Of a DNA stretch of 32,000 nucleotides, positions 1 to 9,601 are shown piece after piece. A program made the translations under genes and the position numbers. The notes beneath the pieces were generated by a model. It was not told where the DNA came from and did no database searches. It saw nothing but the letters and a program-made list of their open reading frames with translations. The stretch is from Formosa sp. Hel1_33_131. Its GTDB lineage: Bacteria > Bacteroidota > Bacteroidia > Flavobacteriales > Flavobacteriaceae. Location: the NCBI RefSeq assembly GCF_001735745.1, contig NZ_CP017260.1:2490001-2522000 (forward strand). Reading direction: 5' to 3'. Each line of letters opens with the position of its first letter. The stretch's first letter is position 1.

Positions 1-360
1 ATGCTGAAAGACAACCATATTGATTTTGCAGGCGGAATTACCAAAGCAATTTCAACAACCAAAGAGTATTTAAAGAAACACCAATTGGACCTTCAAATTG
101 TGGTGGAAGCCCGTGATTTAGAAGAAATCGAAGAGATTTTAGAGAATAAAGGCGTTCATCGAATTTTAATTGACAACTTCAATTATACCGATACACAAAA
201 AGCAATCAAACTGATTGGAGACAAATGCCAGACGGAATCCTCAGGAGGCATTGATGAAGTCACCCTTCGGTTTTATGCAGAATGTGGCGTGAATTACATT
301 TCCTGTGGTTCTTTGACCCACTCTGTTTCAAATATGGATTTAAGCCTCAAAGCAATTTAA
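1..360 (+). CDS. nadC: Nicotinate-nucleotide pyrophosphorylase (quinolinate phosphoribosyltransferase), C-terminal part; the 5' end lies outside the window
   Basis: The translation ends ...ESSGGIDEVTLRFYAECGVNYISCGSLTHSVSNMDLSLKAI*, the typical NadC C-terminus (SGGI...IS.G.LTHS). Stop TAA at 358-360. Confidence 0.85.
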   Translation: MLKDNHIDFAGGITKAISTTKEYLKKHQLDLQIVVEARDLEEIEEILENKGVHRILIDNFNYTDTQKAIKLIGDKCQTESSGGIDEVTLRFYAECGVNYISCGSLTHSVSNMDLSLKAI

Positions 361-1298
361 TGAGTAAAACTACAGAAGATAAACTAGATAAAATTCCAAT
401 TCTAAATTGGATCGCAAAACTCCTAAAGCGAATTCAGCTTCCTGGATCTCAAGGTTTTTCTTTCTATGATTTGTTAGAAATGTATGTGATTGGTATTTTT
501 AAAGGAGCACTTACAACACGCGCGAGTGCCATTGCATTTAGTTTTTTTACAGCCATATTTCCTTTTTTGTTGTTCATTATTATTCTGATACCCTACATTC
601 CTTTTGATAATTTTAAAGTGGATTTTTTAGAGTTTTTAGATTCTATTTTACCGCCTCAAACATCCGATTTTTTCAATCAAAATATTTTTGAAAACATCAA
701 TGATAGGAGTACAGGAGGTTTGCTTTCAACCGTCTTTCTTGTCTCTATGTTTTTGATGGCTAACGGCGTAAATGCCGTGTTTTCAGGATTCGAAAATTCC
801 TACCACCAACAACTCAATCGCAATTTTATTAAACAATATTTTTATGCTTTTGGAGTTGCCATCATTCTTGTCATTCTTTTAATCCTGACGGTTATTGGAT
901 TTGGATATGCTCAAATTTATTTAATTCATCCCATAGTCGAAAGGTTCGGTTCTGGCGATGCGAGCAACGAGCTTTTTTGGATTACAAAAGCAAAGTATTT
1001 CTTTTTTGTAATTATGATTTATCTCAGTATGGCCAGCTTATATTACTTCGGAACTAAAGACGGAAAGTTGTCTAGTTTCTTATCTGTAGGAGCCCTGTTT
1101 ACCACCTTTTTAATACTTGTGAGCTCTTATTTATTTGGTCTTTATATTAATAATTTCTCTACCTATAATGAATTATATGGTTCCATTGGGGGTTTATTAA
1201 TTCTCCTATTCTACTTTTGGTTGAATGCAAACATTATCCTTCTAGGTCATGAATTGAATTCGTCTCTTCAACTTCTAAAGAAAAAATGCACGCCATAG
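360..1298 (+). CDS. YihY/BrkB family inner-membrane protein
   Basis: Multi-pass hydrophobic protein with family-typical motifs (RASAIAFSFFTAIFPFLL, YGSIGGLLILLFYFW). I prefer the ATG at 360 (MSKTTEDK), which overlaps the nadC stop as TAATG. The track start at 282 lies inside nadC. Confidence 0.8.
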   Translation: MSKTTEDKLDKIPILNWIAKLLKRIQLPGSQGFSFYDLLEMYVIGIFKGALTTRASAIAFSFFTAIFPFLLFIIILIPYIPFDNFKVDFLEFLDSILPPQTSDFFNQNIFENINDRSTGGLLSTVFLVSMFLMANGVNAVFSGFENSYHQQLNRNFIKQYFYAFGVAIILVILLILTVIGFGYAQIYLIHPIVERFGSGDASNELFWITKAKYFFFVIMIYLSMASLYYFGTKDGKLSSFLSVGALFTTFLILVSSYLFGLYINNFSTYNELYGSIGGLLILLFYFWLNANIILLGHELNSSLQLLKKKCTP

Positions 1299-3751
1299 AA
1301 GTCTTTTTTATCGATGTTATTTTACCGCTTTCCTTAGAGCGGAATTTCACCTACGCCATCACCAAAGCGGAAGCAGACTTTATTAAAAGAGGGGTCAGAG
1401 TTGCGGTCCCTTTTGGAAAAAACAAAGTCTATACAGGCATCGTCTATAACATACATCACATTGCGCCTACAGCTTATGAAGCGAAGTCGATTCACAGTAT
1501 ATTAGATGAAAGTCCTGTGGTCAACCAGTTTCAATTTAAATTGTGGGAGTGGATGTCAAGTTATTATTTGTGTAGCATGGGAGAAATCATGCGTGCCGCA
1601 ATGCCCAATGCTTTTTTGTTGGAAAGTGAAACGATTATCTCATTAAACCCATCCACAGAGTTTGAAGTAAACAGCTTAAAGGACGATGAGTATTTGGTGT
1701 GTGAAGCACTGCAACAACAATCCAGTTTAAAGGTCGATGAAATCAATGCGATTATTGACAGAAAAAATTCGTTCCCAGTTTTAAAACGTCTTCTCGATCA
1801 AAAAGTGATTGCTTTAGAACAGGAATTATCTGAAAAATACAAGCCTAAATTAATTCGTTGCGTACGTTTACATCCCAATTATCAGCATGAAAACGCCTTG
1901 CAAGAACTTGTGGAGACGCTGAAAAGTGCGTCCAAACAACGGGAGATTGTTTTAAGTTATTTTAATTTAGCGAACGCTACCAAACAAATCAAAGTAGCGG
2001 ATCTTAAGACCAAAAGCAAAGCGACTTCTACTCAAATTAAAACATTAATAGATAAAGGCGTTTTTGAAGAGTATCATTACCAAACCGATCGCATTCAGTT
2101 TCAAGATTCAGAGTATGGTGCTTCAACAGAACTAAATACCTATCAAGAAACCGCTTTAGAAGAAATTGATGGTCTTTTTGAAACACAAAATATTGTATTA
2201 CTTCATGGGGTAACGTCTTCGGGGAAAACCGAGATTTATGTCAAAATGATAGAATCGATTTTAGCCGAAGGAAAGCAGGCTCTCTATTTAGTGCCTGAAA
2301 TTGCGTTGACGTCGCAGTTGGTGCAGCGTTTGCAAAAATACTTTGGGAATCAAATTGCGGTTTATCACTCGCGCTATTCACAAAATGAACGTGTTGAAGT
2401 TTGGAATCATGTCTTAAATCAGTCCGAGAATGCACGTGTTGTCATTGGTGCACGCTCCTCTGTTTTTCTTCCCTTTAGTAATTTAGGACTCGTCATTGTC
2501 GATGAAGAACACGAGCAATCCTATAAGCAATTTGATCCTTCGCCACGTTACCATGCAAGAGACACAGCGATTGTGTTAGCGGCTCTATTTAAGGCAAAAA
2601 CACTTTTGGGATCCGCCACGCCGAGTCTTGAAAGTTTTTACAATGCCACCAAAGAACATAAATTTGGGTACGTAGCGATCACTAAACGTTTTAACAATGT
2701 CTTAATGCCAGAAATTGAACTGGTAGATTTGACAGATAAATACAAGCGAAAACGCATGAAAGGTCATTTTAGTGACCGATTGATTGCAGAGATAAAAGAG
2801 ACTTTAGAGGCGGAATCTCAAGTCATTTTGTTTCAAAACAGGCGTGGATATTCTCCCGTAGTATCCTGTAATACTTGCGGACACACCCCAGAATGTCCAA
2901 ATTGTGATGTGAGTTTGACCTTTCATCAATATAGAAATCAACTCCGATGCCATTATTGCAGCCATACCATGGCAATGCAACAATTTTGTGGCGCCTGTGG
3001 AGGGGTTGAAATTGACAGTAAAGGCTTTGGGACGGAACAAATTCAAGAAGAAATAGAGGTGTTATTTCCAGAGGCTAAAGTGGCTCGGATGGATTTGGAT
3101 ACCACCCGAGGAAAATACAGTTACGATCGCATTATAGCCAGCTTTGAAAATAAAGAGGTTGATATTTTAGTGGGAACGCAAATGGTTACCAAAGGGCTTG
3201 ATTTTAGACATGTAAAATTAGTAGGTGTTTTGAATGCCGATCAATTGATTAATTTTCCTGACTTTAGAGCGCATGAACGGAGTTTTCAGCTGTTGCAACA
3301 AGTTGCAGGGCGTGCAGGCAGAACCGATGAAAGGGGCAAAGTGATCATTCAAACCTACAATCCGCATCATACCATCTTGCAACAAGTATCTATAAACGAT
3401 TATGATTCCATGTTTGTAGAGCAGCTAGAAGACCGTCGTATTTATAAGTATCCTCCTTATTGCCGCATCATTAAATTGACTCTTAAACATAAGGACTATA
3501 ATAAAGTAAACGAGGGTGCTGAATGGTTGGCAATCAGTTTAAGGCATGTGTTTAAAGACAATGTCTTAGGACCTGAATTCCCTGTAGTTTCAAGAATACG
3601 GAATCAATATCATAAAAACATTTTACTTAAAATACCTCAAAATCAATCGCTGGTAAAAACGAAGTCAGTGCTTCAGAAAATTAAAATGAGTTTTTCTAGT
3701 ACGAGAGATTTCAGAGCGGTTCGCTTGCTTATTAATGTAGATAATTACTAA
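1286..3751 (+). CDS. priA: Primosomal protein N' (replication restart helicase PriA)
   Basis: 821 aa. Walker A GVTSSGKTE, DEEH box, the Cys-rich zinc region (CNTCGHTPECPNCDVSLTFHQYRNQLRCHYC) and helicase C motifs. Confidence 0.93.
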   Translation: MHAIEVFFIDVILPLSLERNFTYAITKAEADFIKRGVRVAVPFGKNKVYTGIVYNIHHIAPTAYEAKSIHSILDESPVVNQFQFKLWEWMSSYYLCSMGEIMRAAMPNAFLLESETIISLNPSTEFEVNSLKDDEYLVCEALQQQSSLKVDEINAIIDRKNSFPVLKRLLDQKVIALEQELSEKYKPKLIRCVRLHPNYQHENALQELVETLKSASKQREIVLSYFNLANATKQIKVADLKTKSKATSTQIKTLIDKGVFEEYHYQTDRIQFQDSEYGASTELNTYQETALEEIDGLFETQNIVLLHGVTSSGKTEIYVKMIESILAEGKQALYLVPEIALTSQLVQRLQKYFGNQIAVYHSRYSQNERVEVWNHVLNQSENARVVIGARSSVFLPFSNLGLVIVDEEHEQSYKQFDPSPRYHARDTAIVLAALFKAKTLLGSATPSLESFYNATKEHKFGYVAITKRFNNVLMPEIELVDLTDKYKRKRMKGHFSDRLIAEIKETLEAESQVILFQNRRGYSPVVSCNTCGHTPECPNCDVSLTFHQYRNQLRCHYCSHTMAMQQFCGACGGVEIDSKGFGTEQIQEEIEVLFPEAKVARMDLDTTRGKYSYDRIIASFENKEVDILVGTQMVTKGLDFRHVKLVGVLNADQLINFPDFRAHERSFQLLQQVAGRAGRTDERGKVIIQTYNPHHTILQQVSINDYDSMFVEQLEDRRIYKYPPYCRIIKLTLKHKDYNKVNEGAEWLAISLRHVFKDNVLGPEFPVVSRIRNQYHKNILLKIPQNQSLVKTKSVLQKIKMSFSSTRDFRAVRLLINVDNY

Positions 3752-4491
3752 TCCACAATCACATCCAAAGCTTGTGTCAATTGTGCCTTTCGAGTTCTGC
3801 TTAAGGGAAGTTTCATTTTTTCAATCTCTACATGTCTGCTATCGTAACGTTCCACTTTTTTCAAATTGACAATATAGGATTTATGGATTCTTAAGAACAG
3901 TCCTTTTGGGAGTTCGTTTTCAAAGGCTTTCATGGTCGAAAGAATAACGAAGCTTTTGTTATTAGTTATTAATTTCACGTAGTCACCGAGAGCTTCAATC
4001 CATTTGATCTCGTTGATGTATATTTTACGTTTTTTAAGATTGCTCTTTACAAAAATATGCTCTCCATCATAATCTTGGAAATTTTCTTTCATTTTTGCTT
4101 GCAATACAGTTTTAGCAATGGCTTCGTTAAAACGTTTTTTAGAGGCTGGTTTTGCTAAGTAATCGATTGCATTGTATTCGAATGCTTTAAAGGCATGAGA
4201 TGCATCTTCACTTATTATGATAACGTAAGGAGTCTTGAGTTCGGGAGTGTCGATGTAACTGTCTAAGAGATCAAATCCATCAGAAACAGAAAGGTTGACC
4301 TCCATTATAATAAGGTCTATAGGGGTTGTGAGAAGGAATTTTTTAGCTTCAACTACAGATGTGAATTTCCCCATCAAATTAAGAGAAGGGTGGTTGTTAA
4401 TTAGTCTTAATGTGGCTAATCGTTGTGTAGAATTATCGTCAACAATTATACAGTTTAAAGTCATCGGGGTTGTGTTATCAGTCGTTATCAA
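3748..4491 (-). CDS. LytTR-family two-component response regulator (receiver domain plus LytTR DNA-binding domain)
   Basis: N-terminal receiver (IIVDDN...DLIIMEVNL) and C-terminal LytTR signature (IKWIEALGDYVKL...FLRIHKSYIVNL). The start could instead be the internal Met at MTLNC. Confidence 0.85.
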   Translation of the reverse strand: MITTDNTTPMTLNCIIVDDNSTQRLATLRLINNHPSLNLMGKFTSVVEAKKFLLTTPIDLIIMEVNLSVSDGFDLLDSYIDTPELKTPYVIIISEDASHAFKAFEYNAIDYLAKPASKKRFNEAIAKTVLQAKMKENFQDYDGEHIFVKSNLKKRKIYINEIKWIEALGDYVKLITNNKSFVILSTMKAFENELPKGLFLRIHKSYIVNLKKVERYDSRHVEIEKMKLPLSRTRKAQLTQALDVIVD

Positions 4492-4643
4492 TTACAATTA
4501 TACAAAAAATAAATCGATTAAACTCTTAAAATACCGATTAACGAGTAAAATTAATTTCGTTTAAATAATGTTATATAATGTTGTTCAGACAACAATTAAT
4601 ACTTACTTTTGCAGCCATTAAAAATCAAATAATAATAAAATTT

Positions 4644-4982
4644 ATGAATCATTACGAAACTGTTTTCATCTTGAATCCCGTTTTATCTGACACACAGATA
4701 AAGGAAACAGTAAAGAAATACGAGGACTTACTCGTTTCTAAAGGAGCAAAGATGGTATCGAAAGAAGATTGGGGGCTAAAGAAATTAGCGTATCCAATCC
4801 AAAACAAAAAAAGTGGCTTTTACCACTTATTTGAATTTACAGCACCTGGAGAGGCTATTGGCCCTTTAGAAGTAGAATTTAGACGTGACGAGCGTTTTAT
4901 GCGTTATCTAACTGTTAGTTTAGATAAACATGCAATCTCATGGGCTGAAAGAAGAAGAGTTAAACTTAAAGAAAAAGCGTAA
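4644..4982 (+). CDS. rpsF: 30S ribosomal protein S6
   Basis: [16 protein letters not shown]... is the canonical S6 N-terminus. The track ORF start at 4578 adds 22 implausible residues. Confidence 0.93.
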   Translation: MNHYETVFILNPVLSDTQIKETVKKYEDLLVSKGAKMVSKEDWGLKKLAYPIQNKKSGFYHLFEFTAPGEAIGPLEVEFRRDERFMRYLTVSLDKHAISWAERRRVKLKEKA

Positions 4983-4984
4983 TT

Positions 4985-5278
4985 ATGTCTATAGAACAAC
5001 AAGCCAAAGGAAAAAAAGATGGTGAAATCAGATATTTAACGCCTTTAAATATTGACACCAACAAAGCTAAAAAATACTGTCGTTTCAAAAAATCAGGTAT
5101 CAAGTATATCGATTATAAAGATCCAGATTTTTTAATAAAATTTGTAAACGAACAAGGTAAGTTATTACCAAGACGTTTAACTGGAACCTCTTTAAAGTTT
5201 CAAAGAAAAGTGTCTGTTGCTGTCAAAAGAGCAAGACATTTAGCCTTGATGCCTTATGTAGCCGATTTAATGAAATAA
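4985..5278 (+). CDS. rpsR: 30S ribosomal protein S18
   Basis: Contains [27 protein letters not shown] and [11 protein letters not shown]. Conserved S6-S18-L9 gene order. Confidence 0.93.
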   Translation: MSIEQQAKGKKDGEIRYLTPLNIDTNKAKKYCRFKKSGIKYIDYKDPDFLIKFVNEQGKLLPRRLTGTSLKFQRKVSVAVKRARHLALMPYVADLMK

Positions 5279-5291
5279 AACTATTATAACT

Positions 5292-5741
5292 ATGGAACTT
5301 ATATTAAAACATGACGTAGAAGGATTGGGGTTTAAAGACGATGTTGTAACAGTGAAAAACGGTTATGGTAGAAATTCTTTAATTCCGGGTGGTAAAGCCA
5401 TTCTTGCTACGGTATCTGCTAGAAAAGTATTAGCAGAAAACTTAAAACAACGCGCATTCAAAGAAAAGAAAATAGTAGATGAAGCCGAAGCAATTGCTGA
5501 AGCTTTAAAAGCTTTAGAAATCAAAATAGCAGCGAAAGTTGGTAGTGGAGATAAATTATTTGGATCTGTTAACAATATTGATTTAGCAGCAGCTATTGAA
5601 AAAGCAGGCCATTCAATTGACAAAAAATTTATCAATGTTACCGGTGGTAATGTAAAACGTCTTGGTAAATACAATGCAATCATTCGTCTTCACAGAGATG
5701 TAGCAGTTGATTTTCCTTTTGAAATTATTGCAGCTAAATAA
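5292..5741 (+). CDS. rplI: 50S ribosomal protein L9
   Basis: MELILKHDVEGLGFKDDVVTVKNGYGRN is the canonical L9 N-terminal domain. Confidence 0.93.
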   Translation: MELILKHDVEGLGFKDDVVTVKNGYGRNSLIPGGKAILATVSARKVLAENLKQRAFKEKKIVDEAEAIAEALKALEIKIAAKVGSGDKLFGSVNNIDLAAAIEKAGHSIDKKFINVTGGNVKRLGKYNAIIRLHRDVAVDFPFEIIAAK

Positions 5742-5787
5742 CAATTATATATTGTTAATAAAAAGTTAATAAATTGAATTTTTATTT

Positions 5788-5817
5788 AAAGCCTACACGT
5801 AAGTGTAGGCTTTTTTT
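5788..5817 (+). terminator. Rho-independent terminator after rplI
   Basis: Stem gcctacac (5791-5798), loop gtaa, stem gtgtaggc (5803-5810), followed by a T7 run. Confidence 0.75.
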
Positions 5818-5858
5818 GTTGTAATTTAGCAGCTTAATCATAAACAAACTTTAATAAA

Positions 5859-8800
5859 ATGAAACAAATTTCTACACTTTTAATGTTCATTTTCACTTGT
5901 TCACTGTCCTTTTCTCAGGTGACAACTTCAAGTATTAAGGGAGCTATTTCCGATGAGACCAATACCGGTTTGCCAGGTGCAAACGTTGTTGCAGTGCACA
6001 CGCCAACAGGGACCACTTACGGAGCCGCCACCAACATTGACGGGCGATTTAACCTTGTCAACCTTAGAGTTGGCGGACCGTACACAATTACGGTTAGTTA
6101 TGTAGGTTACAAAGACCAATCGTTTACAGATGTATTCTTGACCTTAGGAAAAACAGAAAATTTAACATTAGCATTAACACTTGATGCTGGACAATTGGAT
6201 GCTGTGGTGATTACCGCAAACACTTCTAAAGGTGTTTTTGGAAGCGACCGTACAGGTGCTGAAACCAATGTAGGCCGTAGAGAATTGACAACACTTCCTA
6301 CAATTTCTAGATCTGCATCTGATTTTACACGTTTAGAGCCAACGGCAAGTAACGGTTCTTTTGGAGGACGTAACGATCAGTTTAATAACTTCTCTTTAGA
6401 TGGTGCAATTTTCAACAATCCTTTTGGATTGGATGCAGCAACTCCTGGAGGGCAAACAAATTCACAACCCGTATCTTTAGATGCCATCGATCAAATACAA
6501 GTATCAACTGCACCTTACGATGTAACGCAATCTGGATTTACTGGAGCTGCAGTAAATGCAGTGACGAAGAGTGGATCGAATGAATTTAAAGGAACTGTTT
6601 ATGGCTTCTATAGAAATGAAGACATGACGGGTTCTAAGATCAAAGGACAAGAAATTTTTGTTCCAAGTCTTACGCAACAGCAAACAGGCTTTAGTATTGG
6701 TGGACCGATCGTGAAAAACAAATTATTTTTCTTTGCCAATTACGAGCAAGATGAACGATCAGATTTAGGACAGGCATGGTTACCAAACACTGGATCTGGA
6801 GCGGTCAACGAATCTGTTGTTTTAGAATCTGACTTGATAGCTGTACAAAATGCGTTATCAACTTTAGGGTATGATACAGGCACTTACCAAGGCTTTACGC
6901 ACGAATCTGCATCTAGCAAAGGAATTTTTAAACTAGATTGGAATGTGAATGACAACAACCAATTAGCAATCATATACAACTGGTTAGATGCTTCACAAGA
7001 AAAACCTGCACATCCATCTGCACTTGGAGTAAGAGGGCCGAGCGCGACAACGCTTCAGTTTCAAAACTCAGGATACCAGATTAACAATAAATTGCAATCG
7101 GTTCAATTGGAATTGAATTCTAGATTATCGGATGAAGTGTCTAACAAACTTCAAGTTGGCTATACAAATTTTGATGATTTCAGAAACCCAATGTCTTCTG
7201 CAGCGCCTGCAATTACAATTCAAAATGGTGCTGGACAAAATTACATTATTGCTGGTCATGAGCCATTTTCAGTCAACAACGTATTGAATCAAAAAGTGTT
7301 TCAGTTTTCTAATAATATGACAATTTCTAAAGCAAACCATACCTATACAGTTGGGTTCTCTTTTGAGAAATTTGAATTTGACAACTCATTTAACCTAGGA
7401 GCTTATGGCTATGGAAATGATGATGGATATGTAGGTGCTTTTGGTGCTTTTGGATCTATGGGAGATTTCTTAGCAGCTTCTACAAACGGATTGTTATCTG
7501 AAGCTTTAGCAAATGCACAAACTGTTAAAAATGCTGATTCATGGGCTTTAGCTGAAACAAATGTTGGACAATTGGCATTTTACCTTCAAGATGAATGGGA
7601 TGTAAATGACAACTTCAAATTAACTTACGGCTTGCGTTTTGATAAGCCTTTGTTTTTTGATTCTGCTCAAAAAGCACAAGAAGTGATTGATGTCTCTTTT
7701 TACCAACCAGAAATTCCTTACGTAAATCCTAATACAGGAGAAGTTCAATTATTGGACAGCACACAAATGCCATCAAACGATTGGTTAGTCTCTCCACGTG
7801 TTGGATTTAACTATGATGTAAAAGGAGATAGTACGATCCAATTAAGAGGAGGGTCTGGTTTATTTACAGGACGTTTTCCTTTTGTATGGTTAGGAAACCA
7901 AATCGGAAACCCTAATTCATATTTCTACCAAATGGTAGATCCTGATTATAAGTTCCCACAAGTTTGGAGAACGAATTTAGGATTGGATCACAAATATGAC
8001 AATGGATTGATTCTTACGGCAGATGTATCTTACACGAAAGATATGAATGGTGCACAAGTACAAAACTGGGGACTTACAACGCCATCAGGGACTTTAGCAG
8101 GTGTGGATAACAGACCTTATTACACAGACGCTGACAAAATTAACAACGCTTATGTATTTACAAATTCTGATAAAGGACGTATTTGGAATGCATCATTCAA
8201 AGCACAAAAAACGTTTGACAATGGTTTATATACCATGTTAGCTTATAGCTATTTAGATTCAAAAGATGTCAACTCCATTGAAGCTGAAATTACAGGAGAT
8301 GCATTTGATTTCAACCCCGTTGTTGGAGATGTAAATTCAGATGAATTATCGTACTCTAGATATGGAGATACGCACCGTTTGATTGGTGTTGTTAGTAAAA
8401 AATGGAACTACGGTACCAACAAAAAATGGGGAACTACGCTTTCTACTTTCTTTGAATATTCTCGTGGAGGTCGTTTTAGCTATACCTATGCAGGAAACAT
8501 TAACGGCGATACATCGTTTCAAAATAATGACCTTTTATATGTGCCAACATCTGCAGAGATTCAGCAAATGCAGTTTGACCCTACGGGAGATCCTGGGCAA
8601 GCAGCAGCTTTTGACAATTACATCGCACAAGACGATTATTTAAGTGGTCGTAGAGGGCAATATGCAGAGCGTTACGGCGCACAAGCACCATGGAGAGGCC
8701 GTTGGGATGTGAAATTTTTACAAGATTATAAAATCAAAATTTCTGAAAACAAAACCAACACCATCCAGTTCAGTGTCGATGTTTTAAACTTTGGAAACTT

Positions 8801-8984
8801 AATTAGATCAGAATGGGGCTTAGTACAACAGCCAAACAACACGTCTCCAGTAGGAGTGAGTGTTGATCCAGCAACTTTGGTACCAACTTATACATTCAAT
8901 CCGAACCAAACCGAAACATTTGGATACGATTCTAGTTTAGCATCAAGATGGCAAATGCAATTTGGATTGCGCTATATCTTCTAG
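5859..8984 (+). CDS. TonB-dependent outer-membrane receptor with an N-terminal carboxypeptidase-regulatory-like domain
   Basis: 1041 aa. Signal peptide, then a CarboxypepD_reg-like segment (GAISDETNTGLPGANVVAVHTPTGTTYGAATNIDGRFNLVNLRVGGPYTITVSYVGY), a plug and beta-barrel, and a C-terminal beta-signal ...QFGLRYIF*. Confidence 0.88.
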   Translation: MKQISTLLMFIFTCSLSFSQVTTSSIKGAISDETNTGLPGANVVAVHTPTGTTYGAATNIDGRFNLVNLRVGGPYTITVSYVGYKDQSFTDVFLTLGKTENLTLALTLDAGQLDAVVITANTSKGVFGSDRTGAETNVGRRELTTLPTISRSASDFTRLEPTASNGSFGGRNDQFNNFSLDGAIFNNPFGLDAATPGGQTNSQPVSLDAIDQIQVSTAPYDVTQSGFTGAAVNAVTKSGSNEFKGTVYGFYRNEDMTGSKIKGQEIFVPSLTQQQTGFSIGGPIVKNKLFFFANYEQDERSDLGQAWLPNTGSGAVNESVVLESDLIAVQNALSTLGYDTGTYQGFTHESASSKGIFKLDWNVNDNNQLAIIYNWLDASQEKPAHPSALGVRGPSATTLQFQNSGYQINNKLQSVQLELNSRLSDEVSNKLQVGYTNFDDFRNPMSSAAPAITIQNGAGQNYIIAGHEPFSVNNVLNQKVFQFSNNMTISKANHTYTVGFSFEKFEFDNSFNLGAYGYGNDDGYVGAFGAFGSMGDFLAASTNGLLSEALANAQTVKNADSWALAETNVGQLAFYLQDEWDVNDNFKLTYGLRFDKPLFFDSAQKAQEVIDVSFYQPEIPYVNPNTGEVQLLDSTQMPSNDWLVSPRVGFNYDVKGDSTIQLRGGSGLFTGRFPFVWLGNQIGNPNSYFYQMVDPDYKFPQVWRTNLGLDHKYDNGLILTADVSYTKDMNGAQVQNWGLTTPSGTLAGVDNRPYYTDADKINNAYVFTNSDKGRIWNASFKAQKTFDNGLYTMLAYSYLDSKDVNSIEAEITGDAFDFNPVVGDVNSDELSYSRYGDTHRLIGVVSKKWNYGTNKKWGTTLSTFFEYSRGGRFSYTYAGNINGDTSFQNNDLLYVPTSAEIQQMQFDPTGDPGQAAAFDNYIAQDDYLSGRRGQYAERYGAQAPWRGRWDVKFLQDYKIKISENKTNTIQFSVDVLNFGNLIRSEWGLVQQPNNTSPVGVSVDPATLVPTYTFNPNQTETFGYDSSLASRWQMQFGLRYIF

Positions 8985-9007
8985 TATTAATTCAATCTTA
9001 TTTTATA
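8956..9007 (+). repeat. att-like 52-bp segment, copy 1. It is the authentic 3' end of the receptor CDS plus a 22-bp core, attaattcaatcttattttata.
   Basis: Direct copies at 11233-11284 and 16249-16300. Copy 1 differs from copies 2 and 3 at 4 positions, all left of the 22-bp core. The core is identical in all three. Confidence 0.8.
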
Positions 9008-9186
9008 TAAATGCGTCCTAATTAGGGCGCATTTTTTTTGCATAGTGTAGTGATTTGTTATGTTGTATAAGCAACTAATTTAGTAAATACAAACTAAGTT
9101 TTAAACTAAAACTAGTTTTGTAAAAGTGTCTTTTTTAGCTCAGTTCTTTGTTACCACCACACGAAAGGATTCGTGCGGTAGCGGGG
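9008..9186 (+). repeat. Repeat X, copy 1 (conserved element end; contains the terminator hairpin and ends ...cacgaaaggattcgtgcggtagcgggg)
   Basis: Aligns without gaps to 11285-11463 with 2 mismatches by eye. Confidence 0.85.
9011..9039 (+). terminator. Rho-independent terminator after the receptor gene. It lies inside repeat X and recurs at 11288-11317.
   Basis: Stem atgcgtcct, loop aatt, stem agggcgcat, followed by a T8 run. Confidence 0.7.
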
Positions 9187-9210
9187 GAAAGGATTCGTGC
9201 GGTAGCGGGG
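9164..9210 (+). repeat. Tandem duplication (24 + 23 bp) of the terminal X motif aaaggattcgtgcggtagcgggg, exactly at the X/Y junction
   Basis: Copies at 9164-9187 and 9188-9210. The same motif is single-copy in X copy 2 (11441-11463). Confidence 0.9.
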
Positions 9211-9370
9211 TAACTGATTTTAGTACAAGCATCTTGCTTGCCCCCGCATCTATAATTCAAATAAAACAATCGCTTACAACGGGTCAAGCCGCTTATGAAG
9301 ATTTAGGGTCTAAAATCTATCAGATTTATGAAATAGTTTATAAACTTTAAAAAAAAGCATCAATTAATTT
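9211..9370 (+). repeat. Repeat Y, copy a (5' 160 bp only; more diverged)
   Basis: Aligns to 10997-11163 with a 7-bp indel (gatttag) and a few mismatches. Similarity stops at about 9370, where the truncated DUF1016 ORF begins. Confidence 0.8.
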
Positions 9371-9493
9371 ACCAAGTTCGAAATTTTGTCCAATATGGTA
9401 TTTGTTGAGTGATTTATATGCATTATATTTTGCAGAATTGATTGTATCAATTACTGCTTTAAAAAAATTATTATATGCTGTTAATTCACTCAT
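9347..9493 (-). pseudogene. N-terminal remnant (48 codons) of a DUF1016/YhcG-type PDDEXK nuclease gene, cut off at the Y-repeat boundary
   Basis: My own translation: MSELTAYNNFFKAVIDTINSAKYNAYKSLNKYHIGQNFELGKLIDAFF*. The pattern A.Y.A.K..N......(Y)WE(I)GK.I is typical of the N-terminus of proteins of about 350 aa in this family. The ORF is below the track size cut-off. Confidence 0.45.
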
Positions 9494-9508
9494 TCAGTTT
9501 GTTTATTA

Positions 9509-9568
9509 TCTCTCGCACACTTGTGAGAGAAATCATAAATACAAATTCTCGCACAACTGTGCGAGAAT
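9509..9568. promoter_or_regulatory. Two related palindromes: TCTCTCGCACAC/TTGTGAGAGA (9509-9530) and ATTCTCGCACA-ac-TGTGCGAGAAT (9545-9568)
   Basis: The second has perfect 11-bp arms. The two share the core TCTCGCACA..TGTG(C)GAGA and are 14 bp apart. They lie between the 57-aa ORF and the DUF1016 remnant and could be an operator pair or a terminator pair. Confidence 0.4.
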
Positions 9569-9601
9569 TTAAACATCAGTTTTTCTTTCTTAAAAACGCG
9601 A

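Noticed and set aside
282-359. Upstream start (282) of the yihY/brkB-like ORF and upstream start (22331) of the HU ORF
   Set aside because: Both extensions overlap the preceding gene's coding sequence and add non-homologous residues. The internal ATGs at 360 and 22277 give canonical N-termini.
9126-9186. tRNA-like fragment in repeat X (tagctcagtt resembles a D-arm), which would fit integration into a tRNA gene
   Set aside because: There is no matching GAGC strand, no anticodon arm, no T-arm and no acceptor pairing. The actual duplicated target is the receptor gene's 3' end.
9164-9210. Possible CRISPR array or minisatellite
   Set aside because: There are only two directly abutting copies with no spacers, and no cas genes are in the window. 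I interpret this as a junction duplication.
9126-9350. Track ORF of 74 aa (and its paralogue 11403-11600, 65 aa) starting MSFLAQFFVTTTRKDSCGSG
   Set aside because: Both ORFs lie entirely inside repeats X and Y. The repeated 'KDSCGSG' simply translates the 23-bp tandem duplication. The two ORFs diverge exactly where the repeats end, and 11403-11600 is antisense to the methyltransferase remnant. These are read-through of non-coding repeat sequence, not genes.
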